A stretch of 64,000 bases of DNA from Eutreptiella sp. 'Long Island Sound 2002'. Lineage: Eukaryota; Protista; Euglenida. The notes under the pieces were generated by a model. It did no database searches, was not told where the DNA came from, and was given only the letters and a program-made list of their open reading frames with translations. How positions within the stretch are numbered: position 1 is the first letter of the stretch; the number at the start of each line of letters is the position of its first letter. Of this stretch, positions 10,650 to 23,943 are shown piece by piece. The DNA lies in the NCBI GenBank assembly GCA_964036045.1, contig OZ038378.1:197904001-197968000 (forward strand). The letters run 5' to 3'. A program made the position numbers and the translations under genes.

Positions 10650-12075
10650 GTGCTTCCGGTACCATCTCTCCCTATTCGCAGGAGCTTGCTGTGTGTGTGC
10701 TCATCGGTTTTTTTGGTGCCCCCCCCCCCCCCCCCAGCTACAGGCTGGGGACAAGGAGGAGGGCATGAGCTCGGGGTGGTGGCGCGGGTCTGCAAGCCCC
10801 CCACTGTCGCACTTTGCAATCAGCCTCCCTCCCCCCACGGAGCATCCCCTCCGACTCCTTTTTGAAGTTATATGCCTTTGAGTGGTTGTAATCCAGTAGC
10901 TCTTGGTGGGTGGCTGTCGTAAACATGGTTAGTCTACCACAGGCTCCCCCTACATTTTCTCTTCCTCGCCATTATTAGGTCTCACCCCCCCCCCTTCCCC
11001 CGAGCAGGACCAAAGGTTCCACCTACACCTTCGCTTAGCTCATCCTAATCAGGTTGACCCCCCCCCCCCCCTGCAGTCCCTCAATGCACTGGCCGGACAT
11101 GTCCTCTAGTGGGCATGGTGGGCTCCCCCTACCACCCCAGAGAACACCCCCCAACAACCATACAGAGACAACAATGTTTATTATGGGCAAGAAGAATGGA
11201 GTGTGAGGGCAGCCACACATCCAACACCGCACACTCTATCACGGGAGAACTCTCCCAGTTTCAGGCTAGTGGTTTGTAACATGCGCTCCATTGCAGAGTG
11301 CAATGATCCCATGCCCAGCTAGGTCCGGGACAAGATAAAGGAGCAAAATTTTAACCATTGCTAGCAACATATTCAGGGTTTCCCCCACCCCTCCCCCAAT
11401 CTTGAGGAAAATCCTTTGGAGCTTTCAGGCCTGCCTTGATCCCTGGTGCACGCTTGAACTCCAAGGTTGTTCCAGCAATGATTTGCAGCCATTCCAGGCT
11501 GGATGGTCAGAACAATAGAAGTTCCCACCATGTTTTCTCTCTCACTGGCACCCACGGGAAAATATGTTGTTTGCATACCTAAGGGGTGCTCATGGGTACT
11601 CGTGCAAATCAATGTGAGGGGTATGGCTGAAAAACAGCTTCTGTTCCAAAATAGTTGCTTGGACTCCGCATGTCACACACAACAGTTAGTGCATACCGTG
11701 TGCATATGACACACAATGGTATTGAGCACACGGTGTACATGAGACACGCAATTGAGGAGAGGAAAGCACACCTACATAGCTCTTGCGGTCAGCATCAACA
11801 CCATATCAGGTCAGACATGGGTGGTTAGGGACCCAGGGTTCTGCTTTGTACTATTTCTGTTTGCCCTCACAGTTTTGTACCCCGTCCCGTGTCTTGCCGC
11901 GGAGGTCTTGCACGCTCTTGGCGTCATGCCGCCAAAGAGACAGCACGGTCCTGGGGGACCCCCCCGACAGTAGCGACAATCGTATCATCATAGATAGATA
12001 GATAGATGGACGTTGAATTACAGGAACCCACTGCAACCCCTTGCAACTCCTGTGTCACGACGTTCCCATCCAAAT

Positions 12076-13161
12076 CTAGGGCATCAATCGATGGAATAGG
12101 CCAAACACAACGGTATCAGCCACCTTTTGCCCCCTCCCCCTCTTTCCTCCCAAGGTGTGCTTGTTGAAAGCCTGTTTCAAGAAACAGTTTAGACTTTCGA
12201 CAATATCGCCAAAAAACATGGCCATGCCAAGCCGAATGTGGTCTGGAAGGGTATCTGCATCTTCCTCTGGGAGGTTGAGGCTGCGGGCACAATGCTTGGG
12301 GCCACAATGCTTGCGGAAGGCGGCCATGGCTGAGCGGCATTGGGGCTGTGGTCCCACTTAAAAAGTGTGGAACAGGTCACAAAATAGCTACACAGTTCCA
12401 ACCACCGCCTTGTATAAGGCCTAATCTTCTCAGACATTTGCCAACAAGGTGGGGTGTGGCCAGGCAGCAAGAAGCATTAAGGTCTCCTCGCCATGGCGAG
12501 AGTCATAGCTCAATTATGAGAGCCTGGTCCGTTGAGCACCCAATCGCTTGGAGCAACAGTGTGCCTAGCAAGAAGGATGCGGTGCACGTGATTGGACGAT
12601 GTGGTCATGACATTGTTTTTTTCGATGGGTTCCACACCCCCTCGTTGTGGAGGGACCCCATTTGCGAAGCAAGGGAAACTCCGATGATACTGTACAACCA
12701 AGGAAGATAGATGGCAACGTCTTGCTCTTGTGAGTGGTACAACACACACCTATTGTAACTCTTGGATGTCCTTGGGAAAAGTTAGCAAAATTTATTCAAT
12801 GTAGAGTGTTCCAACAGATGTTCAAGTGGTTTGAATGCTCATGTTGGACCATAGCCATGATGATTTTTCGTGTAGACCATGTACTTTGGTGCAGAAAACA
12901 CACTTTAATATTTCTTTCCCTGAGGGTTCCAAGCGTGGTCATCTCCTCGTCCCTGCATATGGATAGCACAATGACCTCCACACACGTGGGTATGCATCCC
13001 CATAGGCGCTTGTTGGCGACGGAGACACACAATGGGCACCATTTCCCACCATTGTAGGGGTGGCCATCTTTGTCGTCATTGTCCAAAGGAATGACCAATC
13101 GTAAATCCGGCAAAGGGTGGGGCTGGTTTGCAATGTAGCATGCCATGATGCCCATGGCCAC
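12076..13161 (-). pseudogene. Decayed DDE-transposase-like fragments
   Basis: Fragments GGKWCPLC (12796-13161 ORF) and LGMAMFFGDIVESLNCFLKQAFNKHT (12076-12357 ORF) recall the CxxC and final catalytic E-S-x-N motifs of RAG/Transib-like transposases. Many stops lie between them. Confidence 0.35.
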
Positions 13162-13704
13162 TGGATGCCTGTAGTCTTGGGGCTAGCTATGTTGACTAGG
13201 GGGTCAAGCTCCAGTGGGGCCGATAATTCGTGCCACCTTTGTTGGAAAGCTTGCTCAGGGAAAATGGGGCACACAAATGGTGCCCCCGTTGCCTTCGTGT
13301 ACTTTGGTAGGCCCACAGAGTGTACACAACACAGCGGATAGAGTTGCCACACTAGCATGCGCAGATTGAGGATGAGCTGGCATTCAATACTGTAAGGTAG
13401 AACCTTTGAGGCATTGGCCTCATTTTCGCGCACACACTTCTTCTCCCAGGTTTTTTTGATGCAAAGTGGTGGTGAACAACGCCAACAAAGCCAACCAACA
13501 CCCACACCCCAGCCCACCCAACCTATGAAATCCGAGAATGTTCTAAATTAGCATGTTCTAAGTTGAGATGTTCTAAATTTGTATTCTTTGCCTTAGCCGC
13601 GGGTGGCATCTCTGGTGTCTTCTTTTCACGACACATAGGAGCCATTGTACTCCAAGGCTGATGGCCACATGCAGAACTGCTCCTATTTTATCTTGTGGGC
13701 TTGT

Positions 13705-13997
13705 CAGTGCTAAATGATCCATTGTTTGCCCCCCCCCCCCAAAAAAAACAATTGTTTACCACCATCGTACAGGTATATCTGAATCTTGGAATTGTTGAAC
13801 CAAAGCTTTCTGTCTACGAAATTCTTGATGCCTTGTTTTGCTTTGGGTCCAGTGCTAAATGATCCATTGTTTGCCCCCCCCCCCCCCAAAAAAAAACAAT
13901 TGTTTACCACCATCGTACAGGGTATATCTGAATCTTGGAATTATTGAACCAAAGCTTTCTGTCTCCGAAATTCTTGATGCCTTGTTTTGCTTTGGGT
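13705..13997. repeat. Tandem duplication, 145-bp period x2
   Basis: cagtgctaaatgatccattgtttgccc... starts at 13705 and 13850. Confidence 0.95.
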
Positions 13998-14262
13998 AAA
14001 CCCATGCCTTGAGAAGGCATGAATATATTCAGTGGTCCCACAATCAGTTTTGTGAATGTCACCTTGCACTCTTGTGCTTGAAAGTTGTTAACCAGATGGG
14101 CCCAATCTCTAGGTCTTCAATCAAATACTTGGTGTTAGGAAGACGGAGATCAAGAGTGATCCTAGTTGAGGGCGGGAGGTGGGGGGTTGCAAAAATTGGA
14201 TGTGAGATGAGAGATGGGGAAACCATAACGCGTTAAATTCTTGATGTCAAGCACCAACTGTG

Positions 14263-14977
14263 CTGGGGGGGGGGGAATTGCGGTCCGCAATTTACCGCAA
14301 TTTACCGCAATTTTACCGCAAGTTTTCAGTGATGCCTCGATTCAAAATTTTCATTTTCCCCCTGAGGAAAATTCCCTACAGTCGCTGTTACTAGGCACAC
14401 TGTACGTGTATGTGTTCTCATTTGTCTTGCATGTCATTTGTGTGGCAGGACGCTTTCTGTTTTTGTGTTCCCAAAATGTCATCCACTCCTGGGGACAGTC
14501 CTTCCGGCAATAGTGAAAGGCCAGTGAAATGTGGCAAAGGACAGGGCACGCTATGCCACACAGATTTCGCGTTTGCATGGTGTGGGGACTGGCTCTGTGG
14601 AGCGGTTCTTTTCGTTTTGCAAATATACTGACATGGACCAGAGGTATTCAATCAGCGACAATGCCCATTGTGTGGCTTTCATGGCCCATTATAATGGTGA
14701 TGCGGAAGGATGGTTGGATTAGCTGCTTGTGCTGAAAGCTTTGGTGCAGTGTGTATGCTCTGTGCCGAAAAGCTCACTATCCTACCAATTGGGTGCATAA
14801 TTGGTCAAAAAAACCTTTTTGCAAAAAGTCGTGTGCCCCACCGCTGCTCATGGCTGGCATCGAGTCTGGGGACCGAAAAGAAATGTACTGCAATTTTTAC
14901 CGCATTTTTACTGCAATTTACCGCAATTTACCGCAATTTTTATAGGCTTGGGGGACCGCAATTTTTCCCCCTCCCAG
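14263..14977. mobile_element. Non-autonomous TIR element (MITE, hAT-like) with 8-bp TSD
   Basis: TIR ctggg(g)n-aattgcggtcc / ggaccgcaatt(t)n-ccccctcccag. Flanking CAACTGTG at 14255-14262 and 14978-14985. Subterminal (ccgcaattta)n repeats at both ends. Confidence 0.85.
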
Positions 14978-16446
14978 CAACTGTGGCTGAAGGTTCGTAT
15001 GTCTTCTCCCCAGGTGTGGCAAACGTCAGATGCATGTGCTACTGGATGATTTGAAACTGTGCTGTGTCTAGTGCACAACTGTATCCTCCATTGCTGTGTG
15101 CATTTGTTGGGTCAATGTCAATCAACCAGATTTTGTGAGTGAGTGTGTGTGTGTTTTGCACTGCCCTGATCACCACCACCCTGGCATCTTAGTGCCCAGC
15201 TTTCCCACAAGCGACCCAGCCGAAAGGCACGCAGGTAGGTGTGCCCGCTCAGGAATCAATCAGCAAGGAAGAAGAGCCCCTTTTGCTGGACCCCAGGCCT
15301 TTGTATCCCCCCCCCCCCCCAAAGGGTCAACGTAGTCGCACTGCTGGGGTGATGGGCTGGATAGGAAAAGGCAATGGATATGGGAAAGCCATCCTGTTGT
15401 GGGGTAATGCACATGTGGGTCAGCTGAGGAATCAGGACCCTGCCACATGCCCCTCCCCCCAAGCCTCTGCACACCCAGAGCTTTGGTCTGGGCTCTGATT
15501 CGATAGACCTTCAGCCTGAGTACTCAGTTCAAAATTCCGTTGTTCTGCCCCTGGCTCCATTCCTCTCCCAGCACTGGCAGGCTTCACATTCAGTCACTCC
15601 CAGGCCACGCATTTTGGAGGGGGCTCTCCACCACTGACCACTTAAGTTGGAAGTGGAAGGCAGTACCAGGAATTCTGGATCACCAAATGTTACATATCGT
15701 GTTCGGTGCATGTTTTTTGTGTGACCTGATTGGGGAATGTCAATGGGGTGACCTGATTGGGAATGGACTCAAGCTGTTCTTGAGGCGTGTTCCATAAAAG
15801 CTGGTTGGTTGCCTACCTGTACACTCATCATTGCTGCGCTACATTTGCAGCCATTTTGCACGTGGTCTTGCAAGTGGACCCTGTGCCATGGGCCAGGTGG
15901 TCCATAGCAGCAGACAAGCATTCCACTCTCACCGGTCATCCCGCTCCACCTTCCCCACCTCCCCCCCCCACAATGGGCCTGGTTTGTTGTGGTCTTGTGA
16001 GCTCATCAAACGCAGACTCAGATCCAAGACGGTTGGTACTCACTTTCAGAGATGCATTACACTCTCATTGCAGCAACACAGCCTCATAACAATTGGCGTC
16101 TTGGCCTCTTCACGCATCTCAGCAGCAATGCAGCAATGCAGCTGATCTACTCTGTATTGAAGGAACAGGATATGAAGTGGAAGGTTTGATCAGCTCATTT
16201 GCAATGCTAATCAGACCCTGAAACCCGTATCCGAATCCCCCCACCCCCCAAGCAGCAGTGCCTACATTCTCATCCTGCTGTAACATTGCACAGCCTGCCG
16301 CTGGTGCAATATAAGTCATGTAGACGTGAGGTGGAAGCGTTTATGTACAATGCATCATGTGTCTGTCCGGATCAAGTGTTGCTTTCTGCCTTGGGCTTTG
16401 GTCCCATCCACGTGAATCACGTGCGTTTGGACGAAGGATATAGATG

Positions 16447-17331
16447 CATATCTCTCGGGGACATTCATAACCTGCCAACTTTCTGGGTTTTGGCACTTTT
16501 CGGCACCTTCTACAACTTTTGCTTCTGTGTGCAAACATGTCGTCACCTGGGGGGGGGGGGTATGTGTATACTTTTTGAAATCTGCAAGAAAACGCCGTTT
16601 CAGAAATGTATGGGTTTGGGGGGGAGGGGTTGACATTTTTCAGCGCAGCACAACACATGGGACGGTGCACACAAACACGGCACTGCACCGTTTATCCATT
16701 TTTATTCAGAATCACTGTCACTGTCAGCATTGCTTTTTTCAGGCAGGGCGGTGACCCCAGTAGGGCAGACATCCCCCTGTTTGTGGACAGGGACATATTT
16801 CTTCAATTTTTGCCAATCCTGCAACCTCCGTGCTTTCACTGGCACGCAACCCTCGTTAAGGGGCATGGCCCACAGGCCATCGGTTGTGAGGTCCACGTTT
16901 CGTTGTTTGCGGGTGGCTGTGGGCGGGAGGTATGGGGCTTTTTTGCCTGGCTACCAGGCTCATGCCGAGCAACCTGCACCCACTCTGCACCCCCAGAGCG
17001 AGCCCTTTTGCGCGTCAACGGCTTTTGTGGTGCATCTGGGGAAGCAACAGCCCGTGGCGTGAATTTGTATGAAGACATGGCAGCTGCCTGTTGAAAAAAA
17101 GAGGCAGCAAGCAACACATGCACCGTCCGAAACGGACAAAAATCTTAAACATGTTGTCAGTACAGCATGCAGACCCAGGGTGTTCCAAATAGCCCTTTTC
17201 AAGGGCTTTCCGAATATACCCCACATACCCCTACCTCCGGGACACTCAGTGGGCACAAATGAGGCAACAATGGCACCGACCCCCGAAAACCCAGAAAGTT
17301 GGCAGGTTCAGCAACGTCCCCGAGAGATATG
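16447..17331. mobile_element. ~0.9-kb element bounded by ~46-bp inverted arms (copy 1)
   Basis: catatctctcggggac..cctgccaactttctgggtttt (16447-16491) is the reverse complement of aaaacccagaaagttggcagg..gtccccgagagatatg (17286-17331). Confidence 0.8.
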
Positions 17332-17949
17332 TGCAAGCAGATCGAGACAGGTGAGCACACAAAGACATGCAGTGGCGAGCAATTAGCGTGCTTTGTATGT
17401 TTGCAGGTGAGGTCGCTGGAAGGTGCAGTTTTATGACTTTTGTTGGTAAGCAGAGCTTTGACATATTATCCGTTCATTCCCTTTCAGAGTCCGCCAGCGT
17501 CAGATGGTTAATAGATGCAAGCGGGCAAGCTTGATGTTGCTGGCTGATTTGTTGGCTGCTTTGCTTGTTGCCCAGTTAATTTCTGTGCTCGCTCAAACCC
17601 GACGGGATGTTGCGTGACGTCGTATCGTCTTATCTCCTTGGGCTGGTCTATTTTCCTCATCTGCTGCCCTCAGACCTTGGCCCCATACCAATTGCGCTGC
17701 CAATTCAGCAACCAAGAAGAGCGTGCAGGTGTGGACCTTGGAATCAGAACCTCGGAGGGCAGTGAAGGGGTTGGGGCCGGCTTTGGGGAGGCAGGAGAGC
17801 AGGTGTTGTCAGAAAGGTTTTCCTTGGGCCCCGGGATGAAATGAAGTTCAGTCTAGGAGCCCATGCACACTAAGCCTCGCCTGCCCTATCCCCCTTTTAC
17901 AGGCTCTGCAAGAGTGCATCTAGTTAAGCCACATAAGCTGAGGCACATG

Positions 17950-20450
17950 GCCAGCACCTTGATTATATTTATGTATTTCAATATAGGAACAAAGAAAGGG
18001 CATTACCTCTGCAGCTGCAAAGCAGCTGATGTTCGTGGTTGCAGCTTGTAGCTGCTTGATTGCATTGGCAGCTTGCTGTGCCTCCTGCTTTGCCTCCTCC
18101 TTCATCACTTGCCTGTCAATTTTTCCAGCCTGCTTTGCTGTCTCTTAGTGCTGTGGCTGTTTGCATGTTTGCTTATGGGTGTGCCTGCTGTGTGATGTGC
18201 GTGATGAGTAGTTTGGAAGCTGCCACTTGTGTGCCAATTAGCAAATTGTGTGGCAATTTTTTCCCATTGGAAGTCCACTGGCACATTTCCGGGACGTCGC
18301 TAGACCGCTTTGTTGCAAGGTTCTCCGTCACCAAGGCCGAGGAAGTGCTTAAGATACGGTAACATTCCTGCTGACAACAAAGGGCAAAGCAACAGGACCA
18401 AGTGCAGATCTGCAGAGCAGCAGGATCATGTGGGTGTGTCGTCAATTACAAAGCTATGCGTGTTGCACCGATTTCCCTCTTTTTTCGGCCGCCCATGCCC
18501 ACCTGAAGCGTCTTTTTTTGGCCAGTGGCGCGCCCAACTTTGGGCAATGATCTGGTGTTAGATTGAGAGACGACACTGGCAACACGTTCTTCAAGCCCGT
18601 TCAACTTCTGCAACTGTGCAGATGTGACTGTGGGGGTGCAGTTGTACCGCATGGCTGACCAACATGATTGTGGCTATTTGGTGGATTTGAATATCGTCTC
18701 TGGTTCAGTTCCTGGGTGCCTCGATGCAATAGCCAATCTGTACAACAGTTTGATGGTGCACTTCGAGGGGGTGTCCGAGTAAGGGCCCGGTTTCGTGGCA
18801 TTGTGGTCATCGTGACGATGTCCACCATCCGGAGACGTCCACCACCGAGCCTATCAGTGGAATCTGACGTCGTTTTTCAAGCGGACCTCATGCTACTGAA
18901 ATGTGCCATTTGGATGATGATGGCTCTGTCACGTTGGACAGGGGTCTGGTTCCTAACCAAATGGGGCCCTGCAGGGGCTTGGGTCGCTCTGCAGCCTGGC
19001 CAATAGAAGTGCACATAATCGTTGCCTGCTCTTCAGCTACGCATAGGCCGAATGTGAAGTGACCCACGTGTGACAAGTTTCCCCGCCCCTGGTCTGGCCA
19101 GGAAGGGATAAGGATCTCCTGAGTAAGGGAGTTGGGAGGAGGTATTTCGATCTCAGGAGCAGGGTGTTAAGTTATGGGTGAAATAGGGTGGGGCTTGTAA
19201 TTATTCAGGGAGGAGGTGCTGCTCTGGATGCAAGCCTCCCTCTCAATCTTTCTTTTGCATGGTGCGCAAGCTGCATACCATGCTTTTGCCTGTAGCCTGG
19301 CATGCACGCGGGCCCTTTTCCACTGGTTGCCAGGGATAGTGGACCCCACAGCACAGAGGTTTTTTTTTTCACTGGCGTGAAACTTGACTCCTGACAGAAC
19401 GGGGGGTTCAAGAGGGTTGCAGAAGTGGACACTCGCGTTTGGGTAACCGGTTAAATCCTGGTGGTTATATAAACGATTCGAGGGCAACTGGAGGCGGACG
19501 GAAGGCCACGTGGAATTGACCGTCACCATCTAAAGGTGGGGGTGGTGGCTGTGTGGAGGTTCCTCCCTGCTCAACCTTTGCCTCTTCCCATGGCTCTAGC
19601 CCCGAGTCAAAATGCCTGAGGGCTTCATGAGCAAATACGAAGCTCCAAAGGATTCCATGCTGATCATACGGAGTTTGAGCCAGTGACTTGAGCAAGATGC
19701 AGGGAGTGCTGATTATGCACGAGGCTGCATGCAGAAGTTGTGTGGTGAGGGTTTAATAACCTTGCTGCAGTTGGTGCCCCATGGTGCACGTACCACGTGA
19801 ACACCGAGGAAGGATGAGTTTTACAGATTTACAGATGATTTACAGATGAGGAGTCTCATGGAGGCAGAAGAGCGTGCTGTCTTGGGGGAAGAAGGTGTTC
19901 ACTCTTGGGGGAAGGGCAGCTAATTTCGGCAGGAGGGAACTCGCTTAGGCAGGGGAGAGTGCGGGCTGGGAAGACCTGCTGACCTGGGGAATTCAAATGA
20001 GCCGACATCACGCTAAAGTGGCCACTGAGTAGGTAGCAAGACAATGTACACAGGTACCAGCCGTAACGTTCACTGCAATTTAGAATCCAACGCCCCCAAT
20101 CAGTGTAACTCCAAGATTCACACACATAAGTTGGAAATGTATCAGAATGGAAGTGGGCTTGCTGACCCCTCAAGGCCATTTTGCCACAAAGTCTTATGGT
20201 CTATGTCCAATGATGTTGGCAGTATGCATGAAGGCAAAGTCTGCAATACGCCTGCTGCATAATAATAGCACAACCATGTCTATCTCTTTTTGTAAATACT
20301 GCAACCAGTGATGCCTGCAATGCCCACCTCATTGTTTTCCATGTCCTGCAGAGGGCAGGGCTTGTCTGCACTCTTATTGACGCAGAATGACAATCTAAAG
20401 TGGTGCAAGCGCTGTGGCGGTCACCAAAAGAAGCAACACGCGCCGGCCCC
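17950..20450 (-). pseudogene. Decayed multi-exon coding relic, unidentified (possible YR box-I-like stretch at 20221-20280)
   Basis: Protein-like pieces, several with splice-like boundaries and in-frame stops: KEEAKQEAQQAANAIKQLQ, MLPYLKHFLGLGDGEPCNKAV*RRPG, CTIKLLYRLAIASRHPG, DMVVLLLCSRRIADFAFMHT. Confidence 0.35.
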
Positions 20451-23052
20451 ACGGCCGAGCTGACAACGATGACCCGACTCGGCGAAGGGAAGAACGGGTG
20501 ACTGTCCAGGGCCCCATCACGAAACCACGCCCCAAATAGTCATTCAGTTTTGAAGTCAGCATATGGCTGGCATTAGATTGTCTTCACCAGTGAGGCCCGT
20601 GAAGGTCAAGAGATAGGACCTTGGAGCCTTGCCATGAGTTGAGCATTCTGCCGAAGAAAAGGATTAAATGGGAGCTGGGTTGATGCATAGTGGCCACAAT
20701 AGGCCAATCACGCCCCCCCCCCCCCTCCCCCCCTCCACCAGCCTTTATGGCACCCCCTCCGCCATCTGTTGGGTTGACTTGCACTGGGTGTCACTCAAAT
20801 AGGGAGTGATGGTGGGTGCACAAGGGACCATGCTGGGGAATGTGAAAGGCAACACATGGCTTGTGCACCCCCCCCCCCCCCCATCCTGAGCTCCCTGTTT
20901 GTTATTGAATTGCCCTAAGCGGAATGCCCCTCGCGGCGCAATTTTCATGGGAGAATAGTGGGTGAGTAGCATTGGGTACTGCAGAGTAAGAACCAACACG
21001 GTGTGAGTGGTTTGGTAGATTCCTCCCTCACTCATTCATTTTCCCTCTTACTCCCTGGGCCCCTGTTTTATTCAGCCCATTTTGCTGGGCGTGTCTAGGG
21101 AGGGGGCCCTAGCCACCTTCAGGTACATATCGGCATCCAAAGGCGGGCTTGAATGCTTTCAATTGCCTTGACTGTGCGTGGTTATTCTGTGCACTTGGTT
21201 GCCCCTGTGACATACTATCTAGAGTTTAGATCGATTGGGATGCAAATCACTCGACAGACAGGGGTGTTGAAGCAGACAAAGCGTTGTGATTCATGTGCAA
21301 AAACATGCCATTCAGAGCACATTGTAGCCTAAACCACCGAGGGGTCCTGACCGCATTACCTCCCCAACCCAGTCACAGCATATATATCCCCATGTATATA
21401 TATATTTTGTCCCAGCCACCTGGGACAAGCGTACAAGGCGGCAGGAACAGTCGCCCCGGGGGGCTAGGAGCTCCTGATACTCAACTTCAAAGGACTCGAC
21501 GTCCGCCGCCCGCCGCCATGCCAGCCCAATCAGACAAGGGGGCATCCTGCTCTTCGCACAGCACAACTGAAACACCTCTTCCACATGTCTGCGTGCTGTA
21601 CAACCATCCAAACATCCATAGACTGGCCGCTATGGTGCTCCTTTGCGACTACACAAGCCCGCACGCCCCTGACCAATCACAAACACACCACAGTGTGAGA
21701 CACAGCTCCGGCCTCCAGTGGTTCAAGCTTAGGTTGTGATGGAGGGGAGAGGTGAGCATGTAGTGTTCATCTACTTGGATTGTTTTTGTTACTGTGGCTG
21801 TATTCTGACACCGGCGGGTACAACTGGTGACAGCCAATCTGTGGACCGGGGCAAGGCTATGGCTCTGTATTTCAGCAGAAAATGAGCCGTGACATTTCCT
21901 CACTCGCATTGTGAATGTTGAATCTGCTGAATGGGGGCCGCTCTCCACATGAATTGGCTGGGCCATTAATTGGCTGCTTGCAGTCATATGCCTCTTGATG
22001 TTGCCACCCATGTGGCTTGTGCTCTGCTGCAAGAGATTGTTCTATCCTCCAATGTTTTTGCGGGTGGCCCCCCAGTCTAGTTGACCCTAGACCCTAAAAA
22101 GGGTTATAATGGTTGAGTGGATAGTAGGCTCCCCGGGTACCTACCCACGCCACGCCCAGATGCCGGGGACCAGGCGCATGACTCTCATCCTCAAGTTTCC
22201 CCCAATTTTGTGACCTCCAACACGGTGCCCCACCACCCACCCCCATGATTTCCCCATTTCACCCCATTTCCCCCCATGTCCCCCCAGTGTTCCCCCATTC
22301 CCCGCCATTTTCCCCCAGTTCCCCCCATGTCCCCTCCATTGTTCGTGTTTTCCTGTTTCCTGCTGGGAACCATACCGGGAACACAATGTGCCACCTGGAC
22401 TGGGAGATTCTGGACACTGGTGGCGGAGGCTACCCCAAGTGGTTGGCAGGCAGAGGGAGGGCAAGGCAGTAAGTCATGCCCCACGTCCAATGCCATCGCC
22501 AATCCATGCGACTGTGGCCACGGTTGGGCACTCCTCTGGCCTTCAGTGAGAAAGGGCTGCGGTGCTGTGCATCTGCTGGCCCTCAACCTCCTGCGCCCCC
22601 CCCCCACTTTTCCTTTGAACGCCTTGCTGGTCTCCAATTCCATGGCGCTGATGGAGGGAGACAGTCTGGGTCAGGGGCGGGCAGCAACAGCTCTGACCGC
22701 GTGGGGGTCTACTGAAGGGGGAGTGTGGGTGAGGATCAGGAGGGACCAGCAGTTCAGATGCATTGTCAGTCTCAGCGGCAATCTGTCAATGAAAGTGGTT
22801 TGACCTGCCTTTTGTTGTGTGCAGGTGGGGCCCCCTTCTTGATGTTCAGACACCAGCGCTCGGGTGCTCCCCCAATTTTGAAAGTCCAGCGGGGGAACAA
22901 AGGGTCTTTGACAAGGCGTCATTCGTCCCACCTGCCCCTCCTGTGAAGAGTCTGGTTTTCAACAGCACTCTACCCCTCCCCCCCCACTGCCCAACGGTCG
23001 AACACTCAATTGCATGAATGTGCTCAGTTTGAATGAACCGCCGAACATTGCT

Positions 23053-23943
23053 GCATATCTCTCTGGGACATCCGTTCCCTGCCAACACGGAGCGTTTTCA
23101 CATTTTTTCAGACTTTTCTCAACTTTTGGTCTAATGCACCAAAATGTCGTCACCTTGGGGGGGGTATGTGTATGCTTTTCGAAATCTGTGAGAAAACGCC
23201 GTTTCAGAAATGTATGGGTTGGGGGGGGATAGGTGACTATATTTTTGAGTACCGAGGCCGAACTTTTCGGCGTTTCAGGGTTTTCGGGCCTCAGGCTGCT
23301 CCGCTCACGCGTGCGGGACACCAACTCACCGGGTTTCCCCTGGGTGCTCTGACATGTTGTGGAGTTGGAGCAAAGTGAAAGGAGGTAAATGGATGCATTT
23401 TCACGTGCTGAATCCAAATGTTGTGGTCTCATGTCCCAACGTGACAGCCTGTTTGAGAAATTCTGCCATCCTTGATTTCTTGCACTCTGGTGAGCTTGAT
23501 GCTGCAAGTTGCACCAGGCATCACCCGGGTGTCCAAGGTAGTTATTGGTCAAAGTATTCAACATATTGGGGTCTTGAGGGGACCCATGATGCACATGTCT
23601 TCTAAACATCAAATGCAACAAATCCACCCAAATGACTTGACCCTCATATGCCCATATGTTGGAGTAATGGGGGTAGGGGTGCGGTGCAGTCCGTCTGGAA
23701 CCGAACTAGAACAGGCAAAAAAAACCCAACCTGTCAACGGTAACGGCCAATTTTTGAAAAAATATGGTTCCGGACCCCCCCTAACCCATACATCTCCAAA
23801 AAGCCCTTTTCAAGGGCTTTCCGAATATACCCCACATACCCCTACCTTTGGGACACTCAGTGGACACAAATGAGGCAACAATGGATCCGACCCCTGAAAA
23901 CGCTCCGTGTTGGCAGGATCAGTACCGTCCCAGAGAGATATGC
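23053..23943. mobile_element. ~0.9-kb element bounded by inverted arms (copy 2 of the 16447-17331 family)
   Basis: gcatatctctctgggac..cctgccaacacggagcgttttca (23053-23100) is inverted at 23895-23943. It shares internal blocks with copy 1 (aaacgccgtttcagaaatgtatggg; caagggctttccgaatataccccacatacc). Confidence 0.8.

Noticed and set aside
20150-20260. KDZ transposase HAY..H motif (LHAYCQHHW)
   Set aside because: The downstream GE..E..WS motif is absent and another frame looks equally protein-like; insufficient support.
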